DNA of 64,000 nucleotides from a virus: IMG/VR virus record IMGVR_UViG_3300035188_001035, positions 28,963 to 92,962 of that record; one strand, 5' to 3'. Shown piece by piece: positions 42,701 to 49,755 of this stretch (position 1 is its first letter; each line of letters starts with the position of its first letter). The notes under the pieces were generated by a model. It saw only the letters and a program-made list of their open reading frames with translations, ran no database searches and was not told where the DNA came from. The position numbers and the translations under genes were made by a program.

Positions 42701-43339
42701 ATTAGCAGATAAACCAGCCTGTGCTAATGTAACTGATGCTTCAATCAAATCTTTAGAACTAACGCCGAATGAAACAGATAGTCTTCTTACTTCAGTGTTA
42801 ATAGAATCAATGTCGCTTTTAAAACCACCGGTAGTTTGTTGCAATCTAACAATTTGTCTATCAAAATCAACAAATTCTTTAAATGCTGAACTAAAAGCTC
42901 TAGCCAAACCATATATAGCTCCTGTAGGAATACTAAAAGCGGCAAATCTACGAACAGCCACCGCTGATTGTCTACCAAAGTCTGCCATTTCTGAAGATGC
43001 TGCTGCTATTTGTTTACTAGTAGAAGCTGTAGCAGATGATAGGTCTATCATACCTTTGGCTGCTGTTGTTGTTCCGGAACTTATAGTCTGTGTTGATTGA
43101 CCTAACCCACCAAGAACAGAACTAAGACCAGAAGCATTAGATTGTGCTTGAATAATAGCTTCATTTAATTGTTTAATACTATTAGTAACATTATCAATAC
43201 TTTTAGAGCTTTGGTTAGATATTTTTAAATTAAGATCAGTTTTAATAGAAGATAATTCTCTTCTAATATCACCAGCAATTTTGCTGAGATTTGATGGACC
43301 GCGTAAATTGATTTCTGCTGTTAAGTTAAAGGATGCCAT
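30731..43339 (-). CDS. tape measure protein (4202 aa) with embedded enzyme-like cargo domains
   Basis: TP901-type TMP core near N-terminus (FDRQIVRL...LAQAGL...INAVAAAFAVESSDI...TRESAETIATGLRTIFTR); five DTVPAxLxPGEFV motifs; follows tail tube/chaperone genes. Confidence 0.9.
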   Translation of the reverse strand: MASFNLTAEINLRGPSNLSKIAGDIRRELSSIKTDLNLKISNQSSKSIDNVTNSIKQLNEAIIQAQSNASGLSSVLGGLGQSTQTISSGTTTAAKGMIDLSSATASTSKQIAAASSEMADFGRQSAVAVRRFAAFSIPTGAIYGLARAFSSAFKEFVDFDRQIVRLQQTTGGFKSDIDSINTEVRRLSVSFGVSSKDLIEASVTLAQAGLSANQTKDALEALAKSALAPSFDSITETTEGAIAAFRQFGIETRDLESVLGSINAVAAAFAVESSDIISAIQRTGGVFATASKGVSEGSDALNEFIAVFTSIRATTRESAETIATGLRTIFTRVQRGSTIEALRDFGIELTNAQDKFVGAYEAVRRLSEGLSRLDPRSGEFAAIAEELGGFRQIGKVIPLIQQFATAQEALNIAQQGQGSLSSSAIQAQSALAVQFSKTREEFLAFVEALGRNKTFQNLISLGLTLTSTLIKVASAFQPLLPYLAILGGIKAASAATQFAGGFLSGVRKTPENTDTQSGNILETLLGSARNKEKTDSTINARLETVLSENTTALTNVTSAIRSLENTINRSGTTGPTTELNSGGKVLAFARGGVVPGTGSRDTVPAMLMPGEFVIRKKAVETLGANNLQKINKYAYGGKVKDLANIYPSISYAFGYDEVENDTIKDASKDVYIDPSQLSKAAIKKWKASKDRPWKKFEDLVSNEYGLQQDTKSKWALLDFPSQRSESKFMEKGSEYADPDSLKGNNDQTIAAKNYLFEQSVIKNPGNVPNVKVEELEKINNLPPATVYWASPQKFNQAGLFNRGGIIQKLMAGGVAEEMTSQTNAQQPSSLDDLLKRIQDLGGTTDLYKYISKPEISDIMTSSGLTKKPTASQLVDSRWLRKTKPDIFGDRSQYIPALTKVVEEAEAGYKEAQANAMKKAGLQAQAGIANKFGLLSIYPVGYNDLSEVKELTTGSGQKLLTQIVMKGLPSRYQKAISDIENELASAPTRAAEALQYTDIFGTGTPLAFDFDKTLVNSDESLFAGANGGIDFAKFNDLNLVKQGLEAAELTLLGEELKRRVQQTPELLDSIRILSARPQSNAPLLSDTLNRLGLPISSDKITGVSGAENKIDNLSFLETLIDDRVATVEDIKNRPRGLGYPQGRAIAYTEPTGYDPSSASSRRNRTTMMAANAEELAKRLGINISAEDDDNPLRPIDYPNGVGAYANFWDVPSNMPSDIKVTNNNSAEGRLWSEIERYYKKFGRGGMLTEAMSASQSPQGQAIQRYKEILSSILPPEMLTETGFLKQPSGKPEPIEIITADPGQAAVNTVEKAYYAGGLLFKALRSRIEKSKSLLSNQEYDALKSFVDQNLAFEGNEDVINLKGAAHRGTLAHESFHDIQGYLYDNYPEIMDKLFSAVEMSYKDIEAWYASGSSSWTGPGNYTLNNLFPTPRSRSPYPSTIAKTASAAVKKRIKSQVTPEESFKTIAQAQQDFGRLEAIPVLIGASSEGDSEATRILSNIFSTAGLNPDFYKTLPKFADGGVATVDGQKQTEKEYGKIGLRDDGSSISATYFRNNQRSGNVSAYKMRDYLYYVGISQATGGYGPRLYDVVMEAATANGAMLTSDRSSVSGDAKGVWEYYFNNRPDVRKTPLLKPEDWTKNQALIDPKLYGPEDTWPPFDDPAWVLQSGYSKQPSLISDPNSVIRMDQSMNSGSLAANYFAASASKFAKGGSAQDTVPALLTPGEFVINKKAAQKIGYSQLHRLNKADKIQGYNTGGIVGNIQRFAEGGGAKYKPEDFVSLINYSDVTGVQSAITDNGMKYAKALADAANALGDIKPIEDLAKTMQETLKKQLGDIGLQPSQFGISQSWAMWDIGKQLHLKQNPSESSNKYRLADPLSDPQLQQEMIDRMAGWEIGKAKGNIASSSWRLTEVGKEARLAGASPSADASDGGVEFARVLDEISQLDEAKAKFIDVSSAVGQSLDSISDKIKDSIIKTAITTRRSIEQQQKELSAYIRIARETGNPDALEPAGQNIQNIYKLFGEEIDTDKLNAVLEDVFKRIQLKESFSDIVSGTTELNKALNSPIDDLIALDIAVKKATETVGTLLPEMIPDELDIRAQRSVNAGRFRYGNARDLQASIETPLGRAGEYLGGNRFPGIGLLEKQAPKLAENLGKATEAAGGFVSVIGGASMFLGSRLPDIYTNLDKLAGTSLSTSTNAAGLAKGLSEAGGAAVGFAKLAQSAGMSPLGVGAASLTGLALGGAQGFIEGQIGKEMELTNKRVATSEANLAELFKEIQNPSDRGRFNELRTEIIKEYAAINREVGDISRNTAEETRTWLLNLGRAAKEAATAFITVQAILAGLSLAKAATGKSRGGKIAYYAKGGNVFEPKGTDTVPAMLTPGEFVVNKKATSKNLSLLKSINNGTYMSRGGVVEAALAGAGESMYQAFVPPNVPITVVLKGFATEDKTAGRPSTGYFGTLSDTFNPFDADFYRTTGRTEDEIYRLGARVSGVTAIFAGLAAAATGLGGLISVGGGGAATTAATSWPAGAMADVAAKTAAGGATGLTLGKTISAIGSFGGTILGVKGAFAALAAAAVALRSIFSSTAQNEKQRQNLLSSPLAEQAIKYAPLELANVPLKDLQNRLTQGKDLTGIERSQFFTEASGILESAQRIKLEEAGLRNAQGVTIGETPETSVRDFVNALDAGQKARAENVIESTKLELVLQKYIDQQKQISARAGTPDVEKTLTAEIDRINQNIKVNELSFNEIIDAIKKQDPNLNKEVKNAIESGLRALGRAGEPILKQAEADRLGTVTRIQVDRLNNALNVFEAAINKASDVFQDAARDRELSIGTRLGGKATISKASNKNLTVLNNLLASSNDDIARAIQNVTGGLGFDKELTDVFKQRILTEKILTQDLPNIIGKSIARNATLGARDPGDEVDTAFIANEVTDALKNVVGEDFAKSIGGKVSDLITKPSREGGPLANAKDLINDQKALKNVIDQVVALSPVLKRSEEARLKTLNEVNQRLQEYSDALVQITNLEIQAGKIRTEGANSIDKALNRTVSMDRLFKPFNDEISRLTTIPNIAQDQGAAGAGIRQAGTLDPLEIRKRLDFADDLRAGIQKELDRAATIPDQKDREKEVSLLTNKLGKITAEGEKLRLALNKLATDGQRAALSLAKIQDLRQAQQGGRNILTDIIKNVNNPEWQVDFVNSVDAYSRALTGNIQNFELPQAVAGLEKIVSMVPQAQGEELTKQFFDNVLTKIGREDPTLAATLDFIKNQLGLRPGRENPEIEAEVGRARMLFEEQRKATEQLKERMEAGANILFTEVEKSAQLWSATVTESAKLLKESIKPQEFELKRDPNKPEPPAAGNAAPAAPAAPAGAAPAGAAPDPATVLKPSVIQDSFTNALVLTNKKLDTIAEILRTVDREDLEGAAVKALTSNNTKLPTTYASTGKYINFKPKGSDTVPAMLTPGEFVVNREATRKNLPLLKSINSGGSLQKNGMNYFADGTNKPLKKYNPFGGEIKDLGPNPYAGGSPMMDLSQSTITEEEIKRRKAAEKRYSRYFNGRLWREFFEEQLNGIFTPPDPKITARQTRKLLNAGKDYKKGEVFTGVPSETGQVVSDITGLPIVGKTVELGLSVADPAVMATMIGTAGLGTGAAFAVEAGAPTTAAGIAYATGDNEGAKEALLMAAFTVAAHGAFKLAELGMSKHLSKQANARLLEGANFKPNEADIELAAKNLAQRMREAEVAGVHGTKYPWADLPDAQMRDSKGIFIGEFGESPKFTDPNRPGMGNLGPGKYVGTETNVPRGSLPSTTTLEEAAQTAIRYAWDGTTPITDARLVLTRTSEPILESNIARVTDQSNLAARMYADELSTAAGYQPKPGETIKDVLNNSIDTYATRTGADEDALISWVEEIKNKAKIKAVEGPNTFIEGPGAPPGTSRAIATDVPITLESIKLMDLFRKEVHFHLSPLADKLGIEAAKIAQEKYAHSIDIQHHANGGLIYANDGKYINFKPKGTDTVPAMLTPGEFVVNAKSTKNNLSLLKSINNGQNPDYFQNGGMIGSYGAGGNSGGGRPSQSGVLDIESLNSAFDNFSRSVDSLKSVIDSFVQTGNKISSAFGQLNSIESGAAKLSVAAASINSASNNFNNTINGFNTSLRSLERAISRIPSNISLNINGSIPVNVTVEMNGEAVQQDMPQLRDEVIGAVENAIRDAMPGININIRR

Positions 43340-43424
43340 ATTTTATCCCATAAATATAAAAAGCACCATGAAATTAATCATGATGCTAGTTATATATTCT
43401 GTTAAAGACAAAAATAAGATATTA

Positions 43425-44297
43425 TCAACTATTAGGTTTTGCTTCTGTAACTTCTGCAACTGTTTCTGTTGTGGGTTTAGGAGCATCTTCCTTTTTTTCC
43501 TGTTCTTCAATAATTGGGTTGCCATCATCATCTATAAAGGGTTTAAAGTCTATAACGTAATCACCGTTAGCATCAACTAAATTACCATTCTTATCAACAT
43601 ATTCGCCTTTTTCATTTATGAATCTACCAAATTCGTCTATTAATCTACCCTCAGAATCAACCAAATGACCGTCTTTATTAACTAGTCGTAATCTATCATC
43701 AACAAATTTATACTTGATCAAAAATTTATTTTCTGGCAATTTCTTTTCATAATCGCTATCTAGTCCGTATAGCATATTAGCCAAAATTTGAGCCGCTTTA
43801 ACTGCAATAGGTTCAGAAGCTCTTGCCAAATAATCTTCATAATTTTTAAAATACTTATCTTTAGTAGAAGAATACACCAAGCCTGCTGATATAAGATAGT
43901 TAAATCTAGCATTATCAGCCTGTCCTTCTGCTGTATGATTGTCCAAATTAGTTCTTACTGATATTAAGTCTCTAAGATCTTCTCTTAGTTTTTTCATTTT
44001 AACAGCAATATCCTTGGCGGATTTTAGGCTAATACCGCCTTTGGCCAATGATTTTTCACAGTCAAGAATCTCTTGTTGTATAGTATTAAATTTAATTTGT
44101 TTATTATCATCCCATAGACCTTGTTCTTTTAATAGATCGTCTAGTCTGGCCCTTACTATACAGCCAGATTTAACAGCATCAGAAAAAGCCTGATTATAAA
44201 CCTTTTGGGCTTCTCTTTGATCGGCTAATGATGGTGATTTGATACTAAACTCTTGTTCTCTTCCGCCAACATTAAAAGTAAATGTTTCCATATTCAT
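43425..44297 (-). CDS. putative tail assembly chaperone
   Basis: Immediately upstream of TMP; FSIKSPSLADQREAQ N-terminus; C-terminal (D/N)xxG 6-aa repeats. Confidence 0.55.
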   Translation of the reverse strand: MNMETFTFNVGGREQEFSIKSPSLADQREAQKVYNQAFSDAVKSGCIVRARLDDLLKEQGLWDDNKQIKFNTIQQEILDCEKSLAKGGISLKSAKDIAVKMKKLREDLRDLISVRTNLDNHTAEGQADNARFNYLISAGLVYSSTKDKYFKNYEDYLARASEPIAVKAAQILANMLYGLDSDYEKKLPENKFLIKYKFVDDRLRLVNKDGHLVDSEGRLIDEFGRFINEKGEYVDKNGNLVDANGDYVIDFKPFIDDDGNPIIEEQEKKEDAPKPTTETVAEVTEAKPNS

Positions 44298-44608
44298 AGG
44301 TCTTCGCTCCTTTGATTGTTTTTATTAATAAGAAAGTGATATCTGTAAAGTTCTTGTTCTTTTTCAATATGGTCTATAATTTCATCAATAGCTTCTCTCA
44401 TTTGGTTATTACCATGATTTAATATAGATGTTCTAACATAATCCCAAGATTCTAAAAATTCTAATTGTTTATCTGTTAATGGTTTATCAGAATTGTGTCC
44501 CCATAGATAACCAAAAGCATCCTCAAATCTAGCTAAAGATCCTATCATTGTTGTTTGAAATCTTTTACTAATTTGATTGATGATTCCTTTTTTATGCTGT
44601 CTATTCAT
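44294..44608 (-). CDS. hypothetical protein
   Basis: Coupled ORF with AAGGA SD in tail operon. Confidence 0.7.
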   Translation of the reverse strand: MNRQHKKGIINQISKRFQTTMIGSLARFEDAFGYLWGHNSDKPLTDKQLEFLESWDYVRTSILNHGNNQMREAIDEIIDHIEKEQELYRYHFLINKNNQRSEDL

Positions 44609-44622
44609 AGTGATTCCTTTTA

Positions 44623-45663
44623 TTATTTATTTTTGAATTTATCATTAACCTTTTCCATAGCTTGTCTTTGAATATTTTGTTTTACGAAAGATAAATCTTT
44701 CCACTGTACTTCTTTGCCTTCTTGATGTATCTTAATCATTTCCTCTAAATTCTTTTTGTCTTGTACGCTATTAAGTGATAAAATTTCTTTTCTCTCATTA
44801 GGATCATGAGATATATAGAAGATTTCTCCCGCGTTCTTTACATTACCCCCAACCTTATCCAGAACATTATTTTTCTTTTTCTCTTTTTCAATTTTTCTAT
44901 TCTGATAGATGAACCAACCATCGAGAGCATCATCATCATCAATAATTTGTTCTGATGGTGCTTCTGGATGTTGTTTAGCGTTTTCGTACATTCTATTAAT
45001 ATTAATTAAATGTCTGTAGTCATCATTTATTTCTAAAAAATTTTTTTCTAGACTCATGCTTGATGTATATGATTTCCACAGGTCTGATCTCGCTAATAAT
45101 CTTAAATCATTAACATTAATACTGTTATTAATAATTTCTTTAATAAATATCTGTAGATCTTGATGATTATATGAATCTTGATACGGATTCACAAATACTA
45201 AATTATCTTTATCATCATATATACTATTCATAATTAAAAATTCGTTTTTAATAGTTATAGCCTGTTCAATAATACTTAAATAATTTAATGAATTTTTTTT
45301 CTGGTATAGTAATTCTAAATCTGAATTTAACTGATGAATTTGTTTTTTGATAGATTTTCTTTTATTTTCATTAACAAAATTTATATACAATTCAATTTTA
45401 GTATTTTCTATAATTTCATTTAGTGTTGTAATCTTATCATTATCTGCTGGTAGCCAAATTTTATTAACAGCTAAATAAAGATCAATTTCTTTTTGTGTTA
45501 ACCATGTTTTATCGTATTTATTATCTTCAATAATAGTATCATATAAATATTCTGCTTGATACTTAATATGAGCATCAGGATATACAATTTTATATTTTGT
45601 ATTATCTACATATATATAATAATATCCTAATAAAATACGATATAATAATTTTTCATTGTTCAC
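44623..45663 (-). CDS. putative tail assembly chaperone-like protein, paralog of 43425-44297
   Basis: Aligns by eye with 43425-44297; HPEAPSEQIIDDDDALDGW acidic motif. Confidence 0.5.
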   Translation of the reverse strand: MNNEKLLYRILLGYYYIYVDNTKYKIVYPDAHIKYQAEYLYDTIIEDNKYDKTWLTQKEIDLYLAVNKIWLPADNDKITTLNEIIENTKIELYINFVNENKRKSIKKQIHQLNSDLELLYQKKNSLNYLSIIEQAITIKNEFLIMNSIYDDKDNLVFVNPYQDSYNHQDLQIFIKEIINNSINVNDLRLLARSDLWKSYTSSMSLEKNFLEINDDYRHLININRMYENAKQHPEAPSEQIIDDDDALDGWFIYQNRKIEKEKKKNNVLDKVGGNVKNAGEIFYISHDPNERKEILSLNSVQDKKNLEEMIKIHQEGKEVQWKDLSFVKQNIQRQAMEKVNDKFKNK

Positions 45664-46591
45664 AAGGATCCTCGTCTGGAAAAATATATACCGGTTCTAA
45701 TCCTACTGGTGTTTCATAACTAGTATACGTTGCTGATATGGTCTGATTATCAGAAGAATCCGCTGTTGCCCCACTATATTGTAATCCTGTTAAATATGAC
45801 TTAGGAATACTAATGGGAGAACCTTCACATAGCGATATATTAATATCTGTTTTATATGTTTTAGGATTTTTACAGGCAGTGTCCATTGCTGAAATTTCAT
45901 ACGTATCTAGATCTTGAGATAATAAATCAAAAGTACATGATGTTTCAACAGGAAAACTGATGTATGATGCATAAGGTTTTCTGGTAGCAAATTCATTAAC
46001 AAGTTGTCTATTAAAAGTTCTTGTTATAGTAATAGATTGTAGTGCATTTAATGCTATTTCTGCTGGAATAGTTCCTGTAAATTTATTACGTAAAGTTAAA
46101 TATGTTGTCGATGTTGGCGAAGGAACTTTAAAAGGAACAGACGCCCCTGCATCAACTGCGGGTTTACTATATCCTCTATATGATCTTTGTATTGTTCCTG
46201 GTCCATCCACACTTAAAGAATATGTAATAGAATTTAAAAGCATTAATGATCCACCAATAGCTTTATGATCTAGTGGAACATTGGTTGTTTTGATATCTGG
46301 CCAAGTATTAGGATCATCTAGTCCAACTAATAATTTAAAACCCACAATACTATTTAATCCTTCTTCACTAGCCAATGGTGGAAATCCATTTACCATATAA
46401 CTAGTATATCTAATCTCTATATCAGGATTTAATCCATATGTAGCTATAGGATTACTATTTTGTGGCTGATAGATATTATTAATAGATCTGGATAAAGAAT
46501 AGTCAACAGATAATATATCTGGTAGCGGGCTTCCTGTACAAGTTCCTATGCCCAAACAGCCATTGAATACTCTTTTATTAGTTCCTGACAC
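45653..46591 (-). CDS. minor tail tube-like protein (paralog of major tail protein)
   Basis: NKRVF, LQSITI...PY..ISFPVE, QYSG...ISATYTSY shared with 46649-47560; GTG start. Confidence 0.65.
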   Translation of the reverse strand: MSGTNKRVFNGCLGIGTCTGSPLPDILSVDYSLSRSINNIYQPQNSNPIATYGLNPDIEIRYTSYMVNGFPPLASEEGLNSIVGFKLLVGLDDPNTWPDIKTTNVPLDHKAIGGSLMLLNSITYSLSVDGPGTIQRSYRGYSKPAVDAGASVPFKVPSPTSTTYLTLRNKFTGTIPAEIALNALQSITITRTFNRQLVNEFATRKPYASYISFPVETSCTFDLLSQDLDTYEISAMDTACKNPKTYKTDINISLCEGSPISIPKSYLTGLQYSGATADSSDNQTISATYTSYETPVGLEPVYIFPDEDPCEQ

Positions 46592-46648
46592 AAACTTTTC
46601 CTTTTAGTTTGTATAATTTAACTATATAATTTTATATAGTATAATTAA

Positions 46649-47560
46649 TTATGTTGTACTGATAGTAAGATCGTTATATGTTACATAAGTATATGTAATT
46701 TCAACATTACCGCCACCAGTATCACCACCAGTATAGTTAACCGATTGTAATCTATTCTTATTGCCAAGATTAAATGTGTGAGTGGCATTACCAGAATCAG
46801 CACAAACTTCAATACTAATAGATTGCTCTGGTGGTAGACCTGTTGGATCACAGTCAATACCAGTAATATCAAGAGCAACACCATCAGTTGTTGTTGCTGT
46901 AACAGCAATTTCTGTTGTGATTTCAATGGGGAAGTTTACATAACGATGATAAGGAGCGTATTGGCCAAGTTTATAGATAGCTTCACGACCAAGATCGGTA
47001 CTAATAGTGATACTACTAAGATTTTTACCAGAAACTTCTGATGGTAAGGTTGAACCACTAACTTGTAGATTTTGTCTACGAGCAACCATATTACCAGAAT
47101 CACTAGGAGCACTAACACTACCACTCAAACTCTTATTATCGCCAATAAATGTAACTTCTTCTGTGAAATTACCATCTACTGGAAATGTATATGATAATGA
47201 ACTAATATAAATACCTGTGCATGTAACTGCTGCTGTACTAGTTAGTGCTTCAGAAGTATCGCTACCAACACCAACAACAACTCTAGATTTAGTATTTGCT
47301 GTACTAACTAAACTACCACCGCCAGTAGCTAATTCATAAATTGTAGATTCACCGTCTAGAACTTTAGATACGGTAATTTCTACTGTAGGATCAGTAATCA
47401 TGTTATCATAGATGGCTAGCTGACCTAGTTGGAAAGCTTGCTCTAGATTGAAATTTGTTGTTATACCAACGCTCTGAGCGCCTTGTACTGTTGTGGCGGA
47501 TCCGGCCTGTGTGCCTACTGCTACGCCGTGACTAGCATAAAAAACACGATTATTTGGCAT
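46649..47560 (-). CDS. major tail tube protein
   Basis: Thr/Ser/Gly-rich beta protein; QSVGITTNFNLEQAFQLGQ; strong SD (GGAG) and late promoter motif upstream. Confidence 0.75.
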   Translation of the reverse strand: MPNNRVFYASHGVAVGTQAGSATTVQGAQSVGITTNFNLEQAFQLGQLAIYDNMITDPTVEITVSKVLDGESTIYELATGGGSLVSTANTKSRVVVGVGSDTSEALTSTAAVTCTGIYISSLSYTFPVDGNFTEEVTFIGDNKSLSGSVSAPSDSGNMVARRQNLQVSGSTLPSEVSGKNLSSITISTDLGREAIYKLGQYAPYHRYVNFPIEITTEIAVTATTTDGVALDITGIDCDPTGLPPEQSISIEVCADSGNATHTFNLGNKNRLQSVNYTGGDTGGGNVEITYTYVTYNDLTISTT

Positions 47561-47615
47561 TTTAAATCTCCATCTTTATAGTAACTTATGGGTTTTCTAA
47601 CAGAATTAATGTAAT

Positions 47616-47622
47616 ATACACC
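47616..47622 (-). promoter_or_regulatory. putative late promoter GGTGTAT
   Basis: Intergenic, ~56 nt upstream of tail tube gene; motif recurs before several structural genes. Confidence 0.6.
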
Positions 47623-47628
47623 CACCAA

Positions 47629-48594
47629 CTAAAAAGCAGTGAAAATAATTTGATTAGTTAATCTTACAACAGCACCATACATTCTTATATTAGTAAACAT
47701 AATATCAGATATATTAACTTTCATAAATTGACATCTAATCCATTTATAATCATCATTATTAACTAATAAATTATAATTTTGGCCATTTATATTTTTAGAT
47801 CCGTCGTATTTTAATGGATATACTCCGCTTTTGACAACATTATCAGTTTTATAAAGCCATATGACCCTATCTTCTTGAAGACGTAAAATATCAACAATAT
47901 TATTTTTGTCATGACTATTATCTGATAAAATATGTAATAATATATCTTGGTCTATAATCAAAGATTTATCGCCTAATCTAAATGGTCTAGAGTTTGATGA
48001 AGCTATAGTTTCTATAATTACTGCTGGTAATTGAACTCTATGTTCAGAACCTATACTAAAATCTCCTTTGTCAGATAATGCAAAGCCTGTTTTATTTTCC
48101 AAGCTTTTTTGTTGTATTTCTTTCCAATAAGGAAATTCTTCCATTTTATAAACTTGAATATTTCTATAACTATATTCCATTTCAACTAAAGATCCTGAAG
48201 GAATAGCAGAATTGAATATAACCTTACCTTCTGGATAATTTAATTTATATGTTATAGATCCACTACCTGTAGGTGCGGGATAAAATGTGTTATTTACATA
48301 TACTCCACTAATGTTAATAGGATAAACTCCACTATAATTTACTCCTGATTCATATATCCAATCTTTTCTTGGTGTTTGCCAAACAGTATTATTGGTCCGA
48401 GACTTATCTTGTGTGGGTTTTAAGATATGTAAATTAAAATTATCAATATTTACTGTTGGTTTTTCAATATTAGTAAATCCACCAGCATTTAAAAATCCCC
48501 AATCTAAAAAAGATTTAAGATTATTTTCTAATTCATTAATAATTAATGTTTGGCCTAAACTATTAACACCCATAAATTTTGGATCATATGTCAT
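47629..48594 (-). CDS. putative tail completion/terminator protein
   Basis: Position between neck and tail tube; VQLPAVIIE motif. Confidence 0.5.
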   Translation of the reverse strand: MTYDPKFMGVNSLGQTLIINELENNLKSFLDWGFLNAGGFTNIEKPTVNIDNFNLHILKPTQDKSRTNNTVWQTPRKDWIYESGVNYSGVYPINISGVYVNNTFYPAPTGSGSITYKLNYPEGKVIFNSAIPSGSLVEMEYSYRNIQVYKMEEFPYWKEIQQKSLENKTGFALSDKGDFSIGSEHRVQLPAVIIETIASSNSRPFRLGDKSLIIDQDILLHILSDNSHDKNNIVDILRLQEDRVIWLYKTDNVVKSGVYPLKYDGSKNINGQNYNLLVNNDDYKWIRCQFMKVNISDIMFTNIRMYGAVVRLTNQIIFTAF

Positions 48595-48595
48595 A

Positions 48596-49237
48596 TTATA
48601 CCTCCATCGCTTTCATGAGATATTGATCTATCTCAGGCACAGCAGAGTTGATGCCTCTTGTAATCCAGTTATTGTTTACGTTACCAGCAAATTCTGGTGG
48701 AACTCTCCAAGAATTACCCATCTTCATGATGCCCATACCTGTTCTTGATCCGATATTAGGACCAAATTCAAATTCGTATCCTGTAATAATAATAGTATCT
48801 CCCTCTATTAATAACCATCTCAGCCAATCTAATTGTTGTCCTTTTTCTGTCGTAAATGATGATGAGCCTACTGCTAAAAGATTTTCAAAATCTGATTTGA
48901 TTAATTGTACTTGATATGAAGCAACAATTCTATTACCTCTAATTATAGGATTTTGAATTTTAGTAACACCTGATGATTTTATATGACTCAAAATAAATTC
49001 TATTCTTGGACCAGCATCAGGAATACCAAATTCATATTTTAGTGTTCCGTTGAGTAAAGATTCATATTCTGGTTCATTTTTAATATATGAAATAATAATA
49101 TCAGCAATATTATTTGATAGATTATCAGTAACGCGTTCAAAATATTCTTGTGCTAATGGCAATAAAGCCTCTAGTATTTTTTTAGATATTTCTTTTTGAT
49201 TATCCAATAGTTTAAACTGTAAACTTAAATTACTCAT
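48596..49237 (-). CDS. putative neck protein
   Basis: LDWLRWLLIEG, SRTG, NNWITR; synteny; ATGA-coupled start at 49237. Confidence 0.5.
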   Translation of the reverse strand: MSNLSLQFKLLDNQKEISKKILEALLPLAQEYFERVTDNLSNNIADIIISYIKNEPEYESLLNGTLKYEFGIPDAGPRIEFILSHIKSSGVTKIQNPIIRGNRIVASYQVQLIKSDFENLLAVGSSSFTTEKGQQLDWLRWLLIEGDTIIITGYEFEFGPNIGSRTGMGIMKMGNSWRVPPEFAGNVNNNWITRGINSAVPEIDQYLMKAMEV

Positions 49238-49743
49238 ATTTTTTTCCAAAAAGTAAAAATATAAGAACTTTCGCCAAATCCAGCGGGTTGTGGCTCACTA
49301 TTCCTTTGAAATAAACTTTCAGTATAATTTACAATATTAGTATCTATAATAATTTTATTGCACTTAGAAATTTTAGGAAAATCTACAGTCTTACAGATAG
49401 TCTGAACTAACCCATCAGGACTATGTATTTTGCTATTAAAATTTAACCAATACTTATAATCAAATAATACTAGCATATCTAAAATTTCAGAAGAGTTTGT
49501 ATAAATACCACCTAAACCTCGGCAGTAGGGGCATATTTGACCATTAGCAAAGGCTAGAGGGCCTCCACTCTTATATACATTACTTGACTTGTGAGAGATA
49601 GGATCAATTTCGCAATTAGTGCATTCTGTAAAAACAGAAGAATCATAAATTAATTTACATGGTAAAGATAATGAATTAGCGCGTAATAATTCATCTATCA
49701 TACTTTTATATAGATTTTTTAAATCTGTAGTAATAATATTCAT
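49234..49743 (-). CDS. putative head closure protein with Zn-binding insertion
   Basis: CTNC...CPYCRGLG; synteny. Confidence 0.5.
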   Translation of the reverse strand: MNIITTDLKNLYKSMIDELLRANSLSLPCKLIYDSSVFTECTNCEIDPISHKSSNVYKSGGPLAFANGQICPYCRGLGGIYTNSSEILDMLVLFDYKYWLNFNSKIHSPDGLVQTICKTVDFPKISKCNKIIIDTNIVNYTESLFQRNSEPQPAGFGESSYIFTFWKKI

Positions 49744-49755
49744 AATAAAATCCTA

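Noticed and set aside
30855-43100. Numerous short + strand ORFs antisense to the TMP and other structural genes
   Set aside because: Shadow ORFs without SD or recognisable motifs
43343-43531. G/GT-type programmed frameshift at A_AAA_AAG (43491-43497) into the 62-aa ORF before the TMP
   Set aside because: A -1 shift meets a stop after about four codons; the 62-aa ORF is in the +1/-2 frame and looks non-coding. Not fully excluded
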